From contig CAVVEU010000014.1 of the NCBI GenBank assembly GCA_963747235.1, forward strand, positions 64,001 through 128,000: a stretch of DNA of 64,000 nucleotides, written 5' to 3'. Shown one piece after another: positions 9,926 to 20,737 of this stretch. The stretch is from an uncultured Candidatus Rokubacteria bacterium (GTDB lineage: Bacteria; Methylomirabilota; Methylomirabilia; Rokubacteriales; CSP1-6). The notes under the pieces were generated by a model. That model worked only from the letters and a program-made list of their open reading frames with translations, ran no database searches and had not been told where the DNA came from. How positions within the stretch are numbered: position 1 is the first letter of the stretch; each line of letters starts with the position of its first letter. The translations under genes and the position numbers were made by a program.

Positions 9926-11573
9926 TTAGAACGTGAAGCGGACGCGAGAGGTGAGCATGAACGGGTCGTTGGTGTTGCGCGCCAGCGTTCGGAGTCGGTG
10001 ACCCCGTCCAGCGCCGGCCCCATGAACATGTAGCCGAACTGGTTGTCCCAGGTCAACCCGGGGGCGAACCGCCAGGTGATCAGGGCCATCAGCTCGGTAC
10101 CGACATAGCGCTTGCTGTCACGCGGCGTGGGACCCGTGAACACCGGCGTGATACCGGCACCGCGCGACTGTCGCGCCGTTGCGATCCATCTTCTCGGCGC
10201 GTCCAGTGCACGTTCGCACCACCCATGACGCTGAGCTCCGGGGTGATGGCGTAGGTGGCCTTGGCGCCGACCTGAACGCGGCCGTACTTGTCCCAGCCGA
10301 TGCTGGTTGCCGGGGTATGCAATCCGGCCGGCAGCCTCGTTGAAGGCGTTGAGGTAGTCGATACCCAGCGACGTGATCGAGCGTACCCCAGTCCGCCAGG
10401 TAGCCCGTGTCCGTCGTCAGCGGCTGGAAGTACCGGACGGTGCCGAGCGTGTTGTTGCGAGCGCTGTTACCCGTGCGTGTACATGACCAGGCCTTCGAGG
10501 AGCAGCGGCCCGAGCTGGAACCCGGCACGCACGTCGACGAGCCAGGCATCATGTCGGGGTAGTACTTCCGACCGGCACCGCTCCGCTCGGAGCGAAGGAG
10601 CGCCGGCTGGCGATGACCGCCTTGTTACCGAACTGGTACAGGACGGTCGGATCGAGGGAGAACGGCCCCATCCGGAGCCGGGCGTCCAGTCCGACCGTGT
10701 ACCGGTACTCGTTGATGCCACCGCGCACGTCGCCGGTCGGGGAGTACGCGGTCGTGGTGTTGAGGCCGCCGCGGCCGGCGCGGGCGCTGCCGTTCGTGGT
10801 GCCCTGGGCGTAGAACATCGAGAACATCGGCTTGATGTCCAGGCCCTTGAACGGCGTGATCTCGGGCGCGATGATGTACGCGAAGTCATCACCACGGTTC
10901 TGCGTGCTGAGCACGCCCGCCGGAGCCACGCCGGGGGTGGCCGTGTGGTCCTCGTGTCCGTCCCGACGAGGCTCTCCTCGACCTGGACGTAGGTCCCCAC
11001 GAACTTGAAGTTCGGGGTGATCTGGCTGGTGATGCTCACGCCGGGGAAGTCACCCGTGGCGTAGACGGCCAGCTTGTAGTTGGCCAGCGCGCCGAAGGGC
11101 TGAGCGCCCAGGCGGGCCGTGGTGGGTACCGGGATCAGCGGCATCGGGAACTCGACGTACAGCCACTTGACCTCGATGATGCCGCGCGAGTCCGTGTTGA
11201 GGTCGAAGCTGCCGTCCGTGCCGAAGCCCGTCTGCACGGCGGTGCCGGAGGCCGCGCCGGCGTTCACGATGGTCGAGTCGTTCGACCCGGTCTGACCGTA
11301 GACGTGGTCGAGCTCGAGGCCGAGGACACCCTTGGCCTTGCCGACTTCGCCGATGATGTCGAAGCGGCCGCGGGTGCGGAAGTACCACATGCTGTCTTTG
11401 CGGTTGAAGACGCCGCCGTTGTAGTTGGCCATGTTCTGCGAATACGAGGTGACGTTGTCGATGAGGCCGTTGATGGTCACCTTCGGGGCGGGCGCCTGGG
11501 CGAATGCCATGGGCGCCGCCAGGGCCACGAGGGCCAAGGCGAGCATCAGGACGGCAAGACTCGTCCTTTTCAT
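9926..11573 (-). CDS. Outer-membrane beta-barrel/porin (several frameshifts)
   Basis: Signal peptide ending AFA-Q; amphipathic strands (RTRGRFDII, IEVKWLYVEF); C-terminal TSRVRFTF BAM-type signal. Confidence 0.75.
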
Positions 11574-11799
11574 TGAGACTTCTCCTCAATCAGGTGGATG
11601 ACGTGCATTCCTGCAGCGTGTGCTTCCTGACTTCCCGCGATACGCGCGACGACGGTACTTCTGGAGAGACGAGTGTTTTGCCTTGTCACCTCCCAGGGAG
11701 AAAGAATAGGAAAATGCTTGACCTTTTTACCGCGAACCCGGTTTACGGGTCAAGAAAAAATCCGGCGGGGATATCGCGGATTAACTCCAACTAAATCAG

Positions 11800-12483
11800 C
11801 TACTTGGGCTCAGGGCCCATCGCTTTCAGCACCTCGTCTGCCCGCTTACCGAGCATGGAGGCCGGCTCGAGGTCCCGGGCAGCTCGGAGGTGGACCTTGG
11901 CTTCCGCCTGCCTACCTTCCCTCTGCAGCAGTACCCCGAGCCAGAAATGCGACGGCACCAGCCGCGAATCGAGCTGGAGCGCCGATCGGAACGCGTCCTC
12001 GGCGTCCTTGCGGCGGTCGAGCGCCCAGTACGCATAGCCCAGGTTGTTGTAGGTGCTCTCCGGCCGGTTGTAGATGGTCTGGGCGAGCGCCTTGCGGTAG
12101 GCGACGATCGCGTCCTCCCACTTGGCCTGCTCGGCGTAGGCGGAGCCCAGGTTGTGGAACGCGTCGGCATAGGTCGGATCCAGCTCCACCGCCTTCTGGA
12201 ACTCGAGCTGCGCGTCCGGGTGGCGGCCGATGTTGAGCATCACCGCCCCGACCGCGTTGTGGTAGACCGGGTTGCGCGGCTCGATCTCGACGGCCTGCCG
12301 CAGCGAGGACAGCCCGAGCGAGATTCGCCCCTCCGAGATGCTCCTGACACCCGCCTCGTAGGACGCCTGGGCCTCGAGCTTGCGGATCTCATCGTCGGCC
12401 GTCGTCGTCGCGCACGCGGGGAGCCATGCGGCGGCGCACAGGGCAATGACCGACGCGCTCCTTGACACCCTCATGATCGCCAT
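11800..12483 (-). CDS. TPR lipoprotein, PilF/PilW-like
   Basis: Lipobox LPAC; TPR repeats YHNAVG, FHNLG, YNNLG; AAGGA RBS. Confidence 0.8.
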   Translation of the reverse strand: MAIMRVSRSASVIALCAAAWLPACATTTADDEIRKLEAQASYEAGVRSISEGRISLGLSSLRQAVEIEPRNPVYHNAVGAVMLNIGRHPDAQLEFQKAVELDPTYADAFHNLGSAYAEQAKWEDAIVAYRKALAQTIYNRPESTYNNLGYAYWALDRRKDAEDAFRSALQLDSRLVPSHFWLGVLLQREGRQAEAKVHLRAARDLEPASMLGKRADEVLKAMGPEPK

Positions 12484-12498
12484 GTATTCCTTTGTTTC

Positions 12499-12978
12499 AT
12501 GCCAACCTACGAATACGAGTGCCCGCGCTGCCCGCGTGTCTTCGAGATAAAGCAGCGCATCACGGAGCCGGCGCTCGTAACCTGCGAAGTCTGCGGCGGG
12601 CCGATCCACCGGCTGCTGTCGGCGGCCCCGTTCATCCTGAAGGGCGAAGGCTGGTACGTCACCGACTACCCGTCCGAGTCTCGGAAGAAGGCGAAGGAGT
12701 CCACGTCGAAGGAGTCGACGTCGAAGGAATCATCTGGCAAGGAATCCACCGGGAAGGACTCGGCGGGGAAGGAATCGGCGTCGAAGGGAGATGGCGGAAG
12801 CGCCGAATCCAAGCCGGCGACGTCATCGGAACGCAAGTCTAGCACGGACGGCGGCGGCAGCTCCCCTTCCTCCACCACAAAACCAGCCGCGGGCACCACA
12901 AAACCGGCCGCGGGCACCACGAAACCAGGCGCAGGAACCGCAAAGCCAGCCGCGGGCAAGCCGGCCGCCGGCTCCTGA
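12499..12978 (+). CDS. FmdB-family zinc-ribbon protein with low-complexity repeat tail
   Basis: MPTYEYECPRC...CEVCGG...FILKGEGWYVTDY. Confidence 0.9.
   Translation: MPTYEYECPRCPRVFEIKQRITEPALVTCEVCGGPIHRLLSAAPFILKGEGWYVTDYPSESRKKAKESTSKESTSKESSGKESTGKDSAGKESASKGDGGSAESKPATSSERKSSTDGGGSSPSSTTKPAAGTTKPAAGTTKPGAGTAKPAAGKPAAGS
12694..12970 (+). repeat. Coding tandem repeats (15-bp KESxx about 6 units; 21-bp TTKPAAG about 4 units)
   Basis: aaggagtccacgtcg-type units and accacaaaaccagccgcgggc-type units. Confidence 0.8.
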
Positions 12979-12984
12979 GGGGCC

Positions 12985-13243
12985 GCCGTCACAGCATCGA
13001 CCGGCCCGGGAAGACGCCGCCCCGCCACCTCCAGCACCAGCCCGCCGGACCCTGGAACCTCGACGAGCCGAGCAGCCGGAATGGAGGTCAGCAGATTGCC
13101 GAAGCGGTCGGCGTCGAGCACCTCGCCCACCAGCCCGCCGGCCTCAAGACGGCAGCCGGAGAACCGAAGGCGCACCGGATCGGAAACCACCGGACCGAGG
13201 CGCTCCAGCGGGACGCCCGGCGCGCGGTGATCAGGCCCGGCAT
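12985..13243 (-). pseudogene. Deleted remnant of a SAM hydroxide adenosyltransferase / chlorinase-fluorinase (DUF62) gene
   Basis: RBS plus MPGLIT start joined out of frame to GVPLERLGP...GEVLDADRFGNLLTSIP; most of the N-domain and the C-end are missing. Confidence 0.7.
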
Positions 13244-13250
13244 GAGGACT

Positions 13251-13289
13251 CCCCTCACCGCTGCCCTCTAGCCCCAAAGGGGAGAGGGG
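13251..13289. repeat. REP-like palindromic repeat, copy 2
   Basis: cccctcaccgctgCCCTCT-ag-CCCC-aaa-GGGGAGAGGG. Confidence 0.7.
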
Positions 13290-13290
13290 T

Positions 13291-14292
13291 CTAGCGGTCG
13301 CGATCGACGACGAAATCCGCGACCAGGAGCAGCGTGTCCTTGTCGTCCGAGCTCGGAAAGGACCGGAGCGCGTCCTTGGCGCTCCGGACATACTCGTGGG
13401 CCCGCTCGAGCGCGTACTCCACGCCCGCGTGCTTGACCACGAGCCGGCGGATCTCCTCGATCTCCTCGGGTGAGAGGGCGGGCTGCTTCAGCAAGGTGTG
13501 GATCCGGTCCCGGTCGGCCGGCCCCGCCCGCTCGATGGTGGCGATCAGGGGCAGCGTGCGCTTGCCTTCCTTCAGGTCGGCGCCGACCGCCTTGCCGAGC
13601 CGCGCCTGGTCCGCGACGAAGTCGAGCGAGTCGTCGCTGATCTGGAACGCGATGCCGATGTCGAGCCCGTAGCGCGTCAGGCCCTCCACCTGCTCCGGGC
13701 TCGCCCGCCCCAGGAGCGCGCCGATGCGGCAGCAGGCCGACATGAACGACGCGGTCTTCTGGGTGATGATCCGGAGGTAGTCCGCCTCGCCGGTGCTGCC
13801 GCTCCGCTTGCGCTCGAGCTGGAACACCTCGGCCTCGGTCATGGACACGGTCGCGCGGGCGAGCGTCTCGAGAACGCCGGGGTCGCCGTCTTCCACCATC
13901 AGGGCGAAGGATTTCGAGTAGAGATGGTCGCCCACCAGGATCGAGGCGTCGTCTCCCCAGCGGGCGTTGGCGGACGGCCGGCCGCGACGCAGCGGCGCCT
14001 GGTCCACGACGTCGTCGTGGATGAGGGTCGCGGTGTGCAGCAGCTCGACGACGCAGCCCATCCGGATGGCGCGCGGCCCCTGGTAGCCGGCCAGCCGGGC
14101 CGCGATGAGGAGCAGGATCGGGCGCAGCCGCTTGCCCCCCGCCCCCGCGATGAACTCGCCCATCTCGTGGATGAGCGGGACGGGCGACTCGATCTCGCGC
14201 CCGATGGCGGCCTCGATCGCGCCGAGCTCGGCGCCGATCGCGACCGCGACGCGGTCCTTCAACAGAGCTTCGAGCGGGGTGGGCGCGTTCAC
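13291..14292 (-). CDS. ispB: Polyprenyl diphosphate synthase (IspB-like)
   Basis: GGKRLRP, LIHDDVVD, RRG, QKTA, FQISDD. Confidence 0.9.
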   Translation of the reverse strand: MNAPTPLEALLKDRVAVAIGAELGAIEAAIGREIESPVPLIHEMGEFIAGAGGKRLRPILLLIAARLAGYQGPRAIRMGCVVELLHTATLIHDDVVDQAPLRRGRPSANARWGDDASILVGDHLYSKSFALMVEDGDPGVLETLARATVSMTEAEVFQLERKRSGSTGEADYLRIITQKTASFMSACCRIGALLGRASPEQVEGLTRYGLDIGIAFQISDDSLDFVADQARLGKAVGADLKEGKRTLPLIATIERAGPADRDRIHTLLKQPALSPEEIEEIRRLVVKHAGVEYALERAHEYVRSAKDALRSFPSSDDKDTLLLVADFVVDRDR

Positions 14293-14314
14293 CGAAGAGG
14301 GGTGGAGGCGCCGG

Positions 14315-15046
14315 CTACCGGAGCACCACCCGGTCCTTGACCTGAACCTGCACCCCCGCGGCGGCCTTCTGCACCTCGACCACCGAGAACTTGTCGCGGA
14401 CCTCCACCACCCGCCCCGAGGCCACCTCCTCGTCGAGCTCGCCGAGCAGCTCGCCGGTGATGGGGTGGACGATGGCGACCTTGTCACGGCGGACGCTCAC
14501 GCCGGTGCCGAGCTTGACCCCGTCGCTCGCGGCCAGGTCGATGATGACGCGGGAGGTGTCCACGAAGACGACGTAGCCGCGGGTCGCCGACTGGGTCGCC
14601 ACCCGGCTGGGCGCGTCGGTGCGCGTGGTGTTCGACACCGCGGCCGCCGCCGCGCTCCGGTTCGTCGGGACCGTCGGCACCACGTTCTCCACCTTGTAGG
14701 CCCCGCCCTGCCGCGCGCTGATGCGCCCGCCCCCGGGCGGCGCCCCGTACTTGGCCACGACCTCGGGCGGCGCGATCAGGGTGGACTGGCCGAAGATGAA
14801 GGACTTCACGGTCGTGGGGACCTTGTCCTCCTCGACCCAGATGTACTCCGGCTCGCTGGCGATGTCGCAGCAGCGGGGGTTCTTGATCAGGAGCCACTTG
14901 GGCTCGGCCGGTCGGATGTTGACCGAGGGGTCGTTCTGCGCCGCGAGCCCGACGTACTCGCGCCAGCCCCGGCCGCCACAGCCCGAGACCGCGATCGCGA
15001 TGAAGCCGGCCAGAACAAGCCACTGCCCGCGTCGAAAGGTCGTCAT
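14315..15046 (-). CDS. Lipoprotein with C-terminal FlgT-C-like domain
   Basis: Lipobox VSGC; GYVVFVD...IVHPITGELLG. Confidence 0.7.
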   Translation of the reverse strand: MTTFRRGQWLVLAGFIAIAVSGCGGRGWREYVGLAAQNDPSVNIRPAEPKWLLIKNPRCCDIASEPEYIWVEEDKVPTTVKSFIFGQSTLIAPPEVVAKYGAPPGGGRISARQGGAYKVENVVPTVPTNRSAAAAAVSNTTRTDAPSRVATQSATRGYVVFVDTSRVIIDLAASDGVKLGTGVSVRRDKVAIVHPITGELLGELDEEVASGRVVEVRDKFSVVEVQKAAAGVQVQVKDRVVLR

Positions 15047-15103
15047 GACGCCCAACAGCATACCAGAAGCCTCCCTCATATCCGCCCTGCCGCGGGCGGA
15101 GGC

Positions 15104-15901
15104 TCAGTCTGTCGGGATGGGCTCCCAGGGGAACCGCTGCTCGGCCGTGTCCTCGGACCGGGTCAGGGCCGCCCGCCGGGAGAACAGGGCCGTCCCGGTC
15201 ACCGCGGAGATCCAGGTGATGTCCAGATAGGTGACCCCCCGCCGCTCGATCAGCATCGGGACCAGCCAGCCCGAGACCTCCAGGGTCTTGCCGGAGGCCT
15301 TGGCCTTGCCGGGGCTCACCAGCAATTCCTCGCTCCGCGTCTTCTGGCTGAGGAGATGCTCCTGCACCACGGTGGGGTCGGCGACCTGGAACCGCTTGGT
15401 CTGCTCGAGCGCGTGGGCGAGCATGAACGGCACCCGCCGCAGGTCCGCGTTGGCCTTGGTCAGGTCGGTCGCCGGGGCCACCGCGACGCGGATCCGGCCC
15501 TTGGTGATACGCACCCCGTCCTCGGGCTCGGGCGCGGCCTTGCCGTCGGCCGGCACGAAGACCGCCTCCGAGTACTGCGGATGCAGGCGGACGATCTGGG
15601 CGTAGCCGAGAATGTCCTCGTAACGGCCCAGGGGCCGGCCATTGATGGGATGCCGGAAGGCCTCGCCCTTGCGGAACACCGAGTACTCCTGCCCCGGCTG
15701 CACCCCGCTCTTCTCGGTGAGATCGATGAAGAGCCGGTCGCCCTCCGCCGCGACCACCAGGCCTTCGGCGGGCGGGAAGGCGCTGACCACGTCCTGGATC
15801 AGGAGGCCGAAGGTCGCGCCGACCTGGTCCGCGGTGCCCGCCCCCGCCGGGGGGCCCCGCAGCAGGGCAACGACTAAGGGCGAGGGCGACGCACCCCTCA
15901 C
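15104..15901 (-). CDS. Hypothetical protein, FlgT-C-like plus alpha/beta domain; paralog of the N-half of 7172-9061
   Basis: FPPAEGLVV...FRHPINGRPLGRYED...GRIRVAV...ALEQTKRFQV. Confidence 0.7.
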   Translation of the reverse strand: MRGASPSPLVVALLRGPPAGAGTADQVGATFGLLIQDVVSAFPPAEGLVVAAEGDRLFIDLTEKSGVQPGQEYSVFRKGEAFRHPINGRPLGRYEDILGYAQIVRLHPQYSEAVFVPADGKAAPEPEDGVRITKGRIRVAVAPATDLTKANADLRRVPFMLAHALEQTKRFQVADPTVVQEHLLSQKTRSEELLVSPGKAKASGKTLEVSGWLVPMLIERRGVTYLDITWISAVTGTALFSRRAALTRSEDTAEQRFPWEPIPTD

Positions 15902-15920
15902 CCGCCCTCTCCGCGAGGGG
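15894..15920. repeat. REP-like repeat, copy 3 (truncated)
   Basis: cccctcacccgCCCTC-tccgc-GAGGG. Confidence 0.55.
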
Positions 15921-15930
15921 ACCGCGTTCG

Positions 15931-17601
15931 CTAGAAGACGACGGAGGGCTGGTGGACACCGAAGACCCGCCGCAGCGTGTCGCAGATCTCGCCGAGCGTC
16001 ACCTGCGCGCGCACCGCGGTCAGGATGTGCGGCAGCAGGTTGTCGCGGCCGCGCGCGGCCCGATCCACCGCCTCGAGCGCGCGGGCGGCGGCGGACGCGT
16101 CACGGGTCCGGCGAATGACCGCGAGGCGCTCGGCCAGGGCCTGGCCCACGGAGGCGTCCACCTGGAAGAGGTTCGCGGGCGGCGGCTCGTCCATGACGAA
16201 CTCGTTCACGCCCACCACCACGCGCTGCTTGGCCTCCACGTCCTGCTGGTAGCGGTAGGCCGCCTCCTGGATCTCGCGCTGCATGAACGGGATGGCGTGC
16301 ACCGACCCGCCCAGGCCGTCGATCTTGGCGATGTAGGTCTCGGCCTCCTCCTCGATCCGCTTCGTGATCCGCTCGATCGAGTAGGAGCCGCCGAGCGGAT
16401 CCACGATGTCGGCGACGCCGGACTCGTGGGCCAGGACCTGCTGGGTGCGGAGCGCGAGGCGGACCGCGGCCTCGCTCGGCAGCGACAGGGCCTCGTCCAT
16501 CGAGTTCGTGTGCAGCGACTGGCAGCCCCCCAGCACCGCGGCCAGGGCCTGCACCGCCACGCGCACGATGTTGTTCTCCGGCTGCTGGGCGGTGAGCATG
16601 CTGCCCGCGGTCTGGGCGTGGAAGCGGAGCATCCGCGAGCGCGGATCGCGCGCGTCGAAGCGGTCCTTCATGATCCGGGCCCACAGCCGCCGGGCGGCCC
16701 GGAACTTGGCCACCTCCTCGAGGAGGTTGTTGTGGGCGTTGAAGAAGAACGAGAGCTGCGGCGCGAACTCGTCGACCTTGAGTCCCGCCTCCTGCGCGGC
16801 CGTCACGTAGGCGATGCCGTTGGCGAGCGTGAAGGCCACCTCCTGGGCGGCGGTGGAGCCGGCTTCCCGGAGGTGATAGCCCGAGATCGAGATCGTGTTC
16901 CAGCGCGGCACCCGCTCGCGGCAGAACGCAAAGGTATCGGTGATCAGTCGCATGGACGGGCCGGGCGGGTACACGTAGGTGCCGCGGGCGATGTACTCCT
17001 TCAGGATGTCGTTCTGGACCGTCCCCGAGAGCCGGTCCGACGAGACGCCCTGGCGCTCTCCCACCGCCATGTAGAGGCAGAGCAGGATGGAGGCGGTGGA
17101 GTTGATCGTCATCGAGGTCGAGACCCGGTCGAGCGGGATGGCGTCGAACAGCGCGGCCATGTCCTCCACGCTCGAGATCGCGACCCCGACCTTGCCGACC
17201 TCGCTGCGGGCCACCTCGTGGTCCGCGTCGTAGCCCATCTGGGTCGGCAGGTCGAAGGCCACGCTGAGGCCGCTCTGCCCCTGCTCGAGGAGATAGCGGA
17301 AGCGCTGGTTGGTCTCGGTCGCCGAGCCGAAGCCCGCGTACTGGCGCATCGTCCAGAACCGCCCGCGGTACATCGTGGGCTGCACCCCGCGCGTGTACGG
17401 GAACTCGCCCGGGAAGCCCAGGTCCCGCACGTAGTCCACCGCCGCGGTATCCGCGGGCGTGTGCAGGCGCTCGACCGGCGCGCCGGCCGAATCGGTGAAG
17501 GGGCCCGGGCGCTCGGGGGACCGGGCCAGCGAGGGCTTGAGCGTCCGCTCCTCCCACTCGCGGCGGGCCTGCTCGAAGCGCGCCTGCTCTTCCGGCGTCA
17601 T
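15931..17601 (-). CDS. Methylmalonyl-CoA mutase, substrate-binding subunit
   Basis: [15 protein letters not shown] (Tyr), [14 protein letters not shown] (Arg), ISGYH; no B12-binding domain. Confidence 0.92.
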   Translation of the reverse strand: MTPEEQARFEQARREWEERTLKPSLARSPERPGPFTDSAGAPVERLHTPADTAAVDYVRDLGFPGEFPYTRGVQPTMYRGRFWTMRQYAGFGSATETNQRFRYLLEQGQSGLSVAFDLPTQMGYDADHEVARSEVGKVGVAISSVEDMAALFDAIPLDRVSTSMTINSTASILLCLYMAVGERQGVSSDRLSGTVQNDILKEYIARGTYVYPPGPSMRLITDTFAFCRERVPRWNTISISGYHLREAGSTAAQEVAFTLANGIAYVTAAQEAGLKVDEFAPQLSFFFNAHNNLLEEVAKFRAARRLWARIMKDRFDARDPRSRMLRFHAQTAGSMLTAQQPENNIVRVAVQALAAVLGGCQSLHTNSMDEALSLPSEAAVRLALRTQQVLAHESGVADIVDPLGGSYSIERITKRIEEEAETYIAKIDGLGGSVHAIPFMQREIQEAAYRYQQDVEAKQRVVVGVNEFVMDEPPPANLFQVDASVGQALAERLAVIRRTRDASAAARALEAVDRAARGRDNLLPHILTAVRAQVTLGEICDTLRRVFGVHQPSVVF

Positions 17602-17611
17602 AGGGACCGGA

Positions 17612-19163
<1,552 letters not shown>

Positions 19164-19183
19164 GGCGGGACCTCTGCTGATGG

Positions 19184-19213
19184 AGTATAGGGGCCGCCGT
19201 CCAGGAAAGTCAA
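19184..19213 (-). promoter_or_regulatory. sigma70 promoter of pccB-mutA
   Basis: TTGACT-18-TATACT. Confidence 0.6.
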
Positions 19214-19280
19214 TGAATGCGGGCGCTTCTCGGCCCCTTTCATTGACTTGCGCGATACCCCCTGCCATACTCGATTCCCG

Positions 19281-19661
19281 ATGACCCCCCTCGCGGTCGG
19301 CGTCATTCTCGCCTGCGTCGTGGCGCTCACGATCGTGCTGATCTCCACCCTGCTCTCGATCAAGAAGACGGCCGCGCGCGCGGAGAGCGTGCTCGCCCAG
19401 GTGGAGCGTGAGGTCCGTCCGATGGCGAGCGAGCTCGAGAGCCTGACCGGGGAGCTGCAGAAGCTCTCGCGCAACGCCAACGACAACCTCCAGCGGATCG
19501 GCGGGATCGTGGATCGCGTCGAGGACATCTCGGTGCAGGCGGCGCGGGTGGTCGGCGCGGTGGGAGGGCTCACGCGCATCGGACAGTACGCGGGGATGGC
19601 GGCCGGGGTGAAGCGGGGCGTCGAAGTCTTCCTTCACCGGCTCAAGGATCGACACCACTGA
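19281..19661 (+). CDS. DUF948/YoxC-like membrane coiled-coil protein
   Basis: N-terminal TM helix plus coiled coil; adjacent to YtxH gene. Confidence 0.75.
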   Translation: MTPLAVGVILACVVALTIVLISTLLSIKKTAARAESVLAQVEREVRPMASELESLTGELQKLSRNANDNLQRIGGIVDRVEDISVQAARVVGAVGGLTRIGQYAGMAAGVKRGVEVFLHRLKDRHH

Positions 19662-19687
19662 TCGGCGACACGGCCAAGGAGAAGACC

Positions 19688-20002
19688 ATGGCGGACGAAC
19701 GCGGAAGCGATGCGGCGGGTTACCTCGGGTGGTTCTTCCTCGGCGCCATCGCGGGCGCGGCGGCGGCCGTCCTGCTCACGCCCAAGTCCGGGCGCGAGAC
19801 GCGCGAGCTGCTGGCCGAGCACAGCGGCGACCTCTTCAAGCGCGCCCAGGACGTGGCGGGCCAGGCGCAGGATCGCGCGGGGGATCTCTTCGACAAGGGC
19901 CGCGAGTACTTCGAGGAGCAGGCGCAGCGGCTGACCACCGCCTTCGAGGCGGGCCGCTCGGCCATGAAGGACGAGATCACCCGGGGACGGTCCAGCAACT
20001 AG
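19688..20002 (+). CDS. YtxH-domain protein
   Basis: [25 protein letters not shown]. Confidence 0.85.
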   Translation: MADERGSDAAGYLGWFFLGAIAGAAAAVLLTPKSGRETRELLAEHSGDLFKRAQDVAGQAQDRAGDLFDKGREYFEEQAQRLTTAFEAGRSAMKDEITRGRSSN

Positions 20003-20005
20003 GAC

Positions 20006-20737
20006 ATGGCGGAGGTCGAGCTACCCAAGCCCGACGAGCTGCACGAGCACGCCGCCAATTCATTCAGCCGCCGGGTCGCGCTGGTCACGGCCATCTTCGC
20101 GGTGGTCCTGGCCATCGCGGCCCTCGGCGGCAACCACGCGATGAAGGAGATGCTGCTCGCCCAGCAGCAGTCCTCCGATCAGTGGGCCTTCTACCAGGCC
20201 AAGGTCATCCGCGAGCACCTGTATCGGGCGCAGAAGATGCGGCTGGAGGCGGACCTGGCCGACCGCGCGCCCGCGGCCGCGCGCGAGAAGCACGAGGCGC
20301 TGCTCCGGAAGCTCGACGAGGAAGAGAAGCGCTACAACGCGGAGAAGAAGGACATCGAGAAGGACGCCAAGAAGCTGGAGGCCCTGCGGGACGGCTTCCA
20401 GGCCCGCGATCCCTACTTCCTGGTCGCGGAGGCGCTGCTCCAGATCGCCATCGTGATGTCGTCGGTGTCCATCCTGGCCCGCTCGGGCGTGATCTTCTCC
20501 TTCAGCCTCGTCCTGGCCATCGTGGGCGCCGTCCTCACCGCCAACGGCTACTTCATGGTGCTCCACCTCCCCTTCTTCCACGGCGGCCACTGGGGAGCAT
20601 CCCCTCGGAGGGGGCGCCTGACGCCGCCTTCCGAACCTCCCCCCAAGAAACAGGTCGCGCGGGCGAAGCCCGCGCTCGAAGCGGCCGGGTCTAGCGGCGG
20701 AAGTCGGCGCGGGTCGGCAGCAGCCGGTCGGCGATGA
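20006..20737 (+). CDS. DUF4337 membrane protein, C-terminus extended by a repeat element
   Basis: SDQWAFYQAKVIR, LLQIAIVMSS. Confidence 0.8.
   Translation: MAEVELPKPDELHEHAANSFSRRVALVTAIFAVVLAIAALGGNHAMKEMLLAQQQSSDQWAFYQAKVIREHLYRAQKMRLEADLADRAPAAAREKHEALLRKLDEEEKRYNAEKKDIEKDAKKLEALRDGFQARDPYFLVAEALLQIAIVMSSVSILARSGVIFSFSLVLAIVGAVLTANGYFMVLHLPFFHGGHWGASPRRGRLTPPSEPPPKKQVARAKPALEAAGSSGGSRRGSAAAGRR
20592..20684. repeat. Two-hairpin REP/MITE-like element
   Basis: GGAGGGGGCG-cctga-CGCCGCCTTCC, then ACCTCCCCCC, then GCGCGGGC-gaa-GCCCGCGC. Confidence 0.55.

Noticed and set aside
15931-17601. Mutase lacking a B12-binding domain as a novel enzyme
   Set aside because: Split large/small subunit mutases are common, and the Tyr/Arg specificity residues match methylmalonyl-CoA mutase next to pccB.
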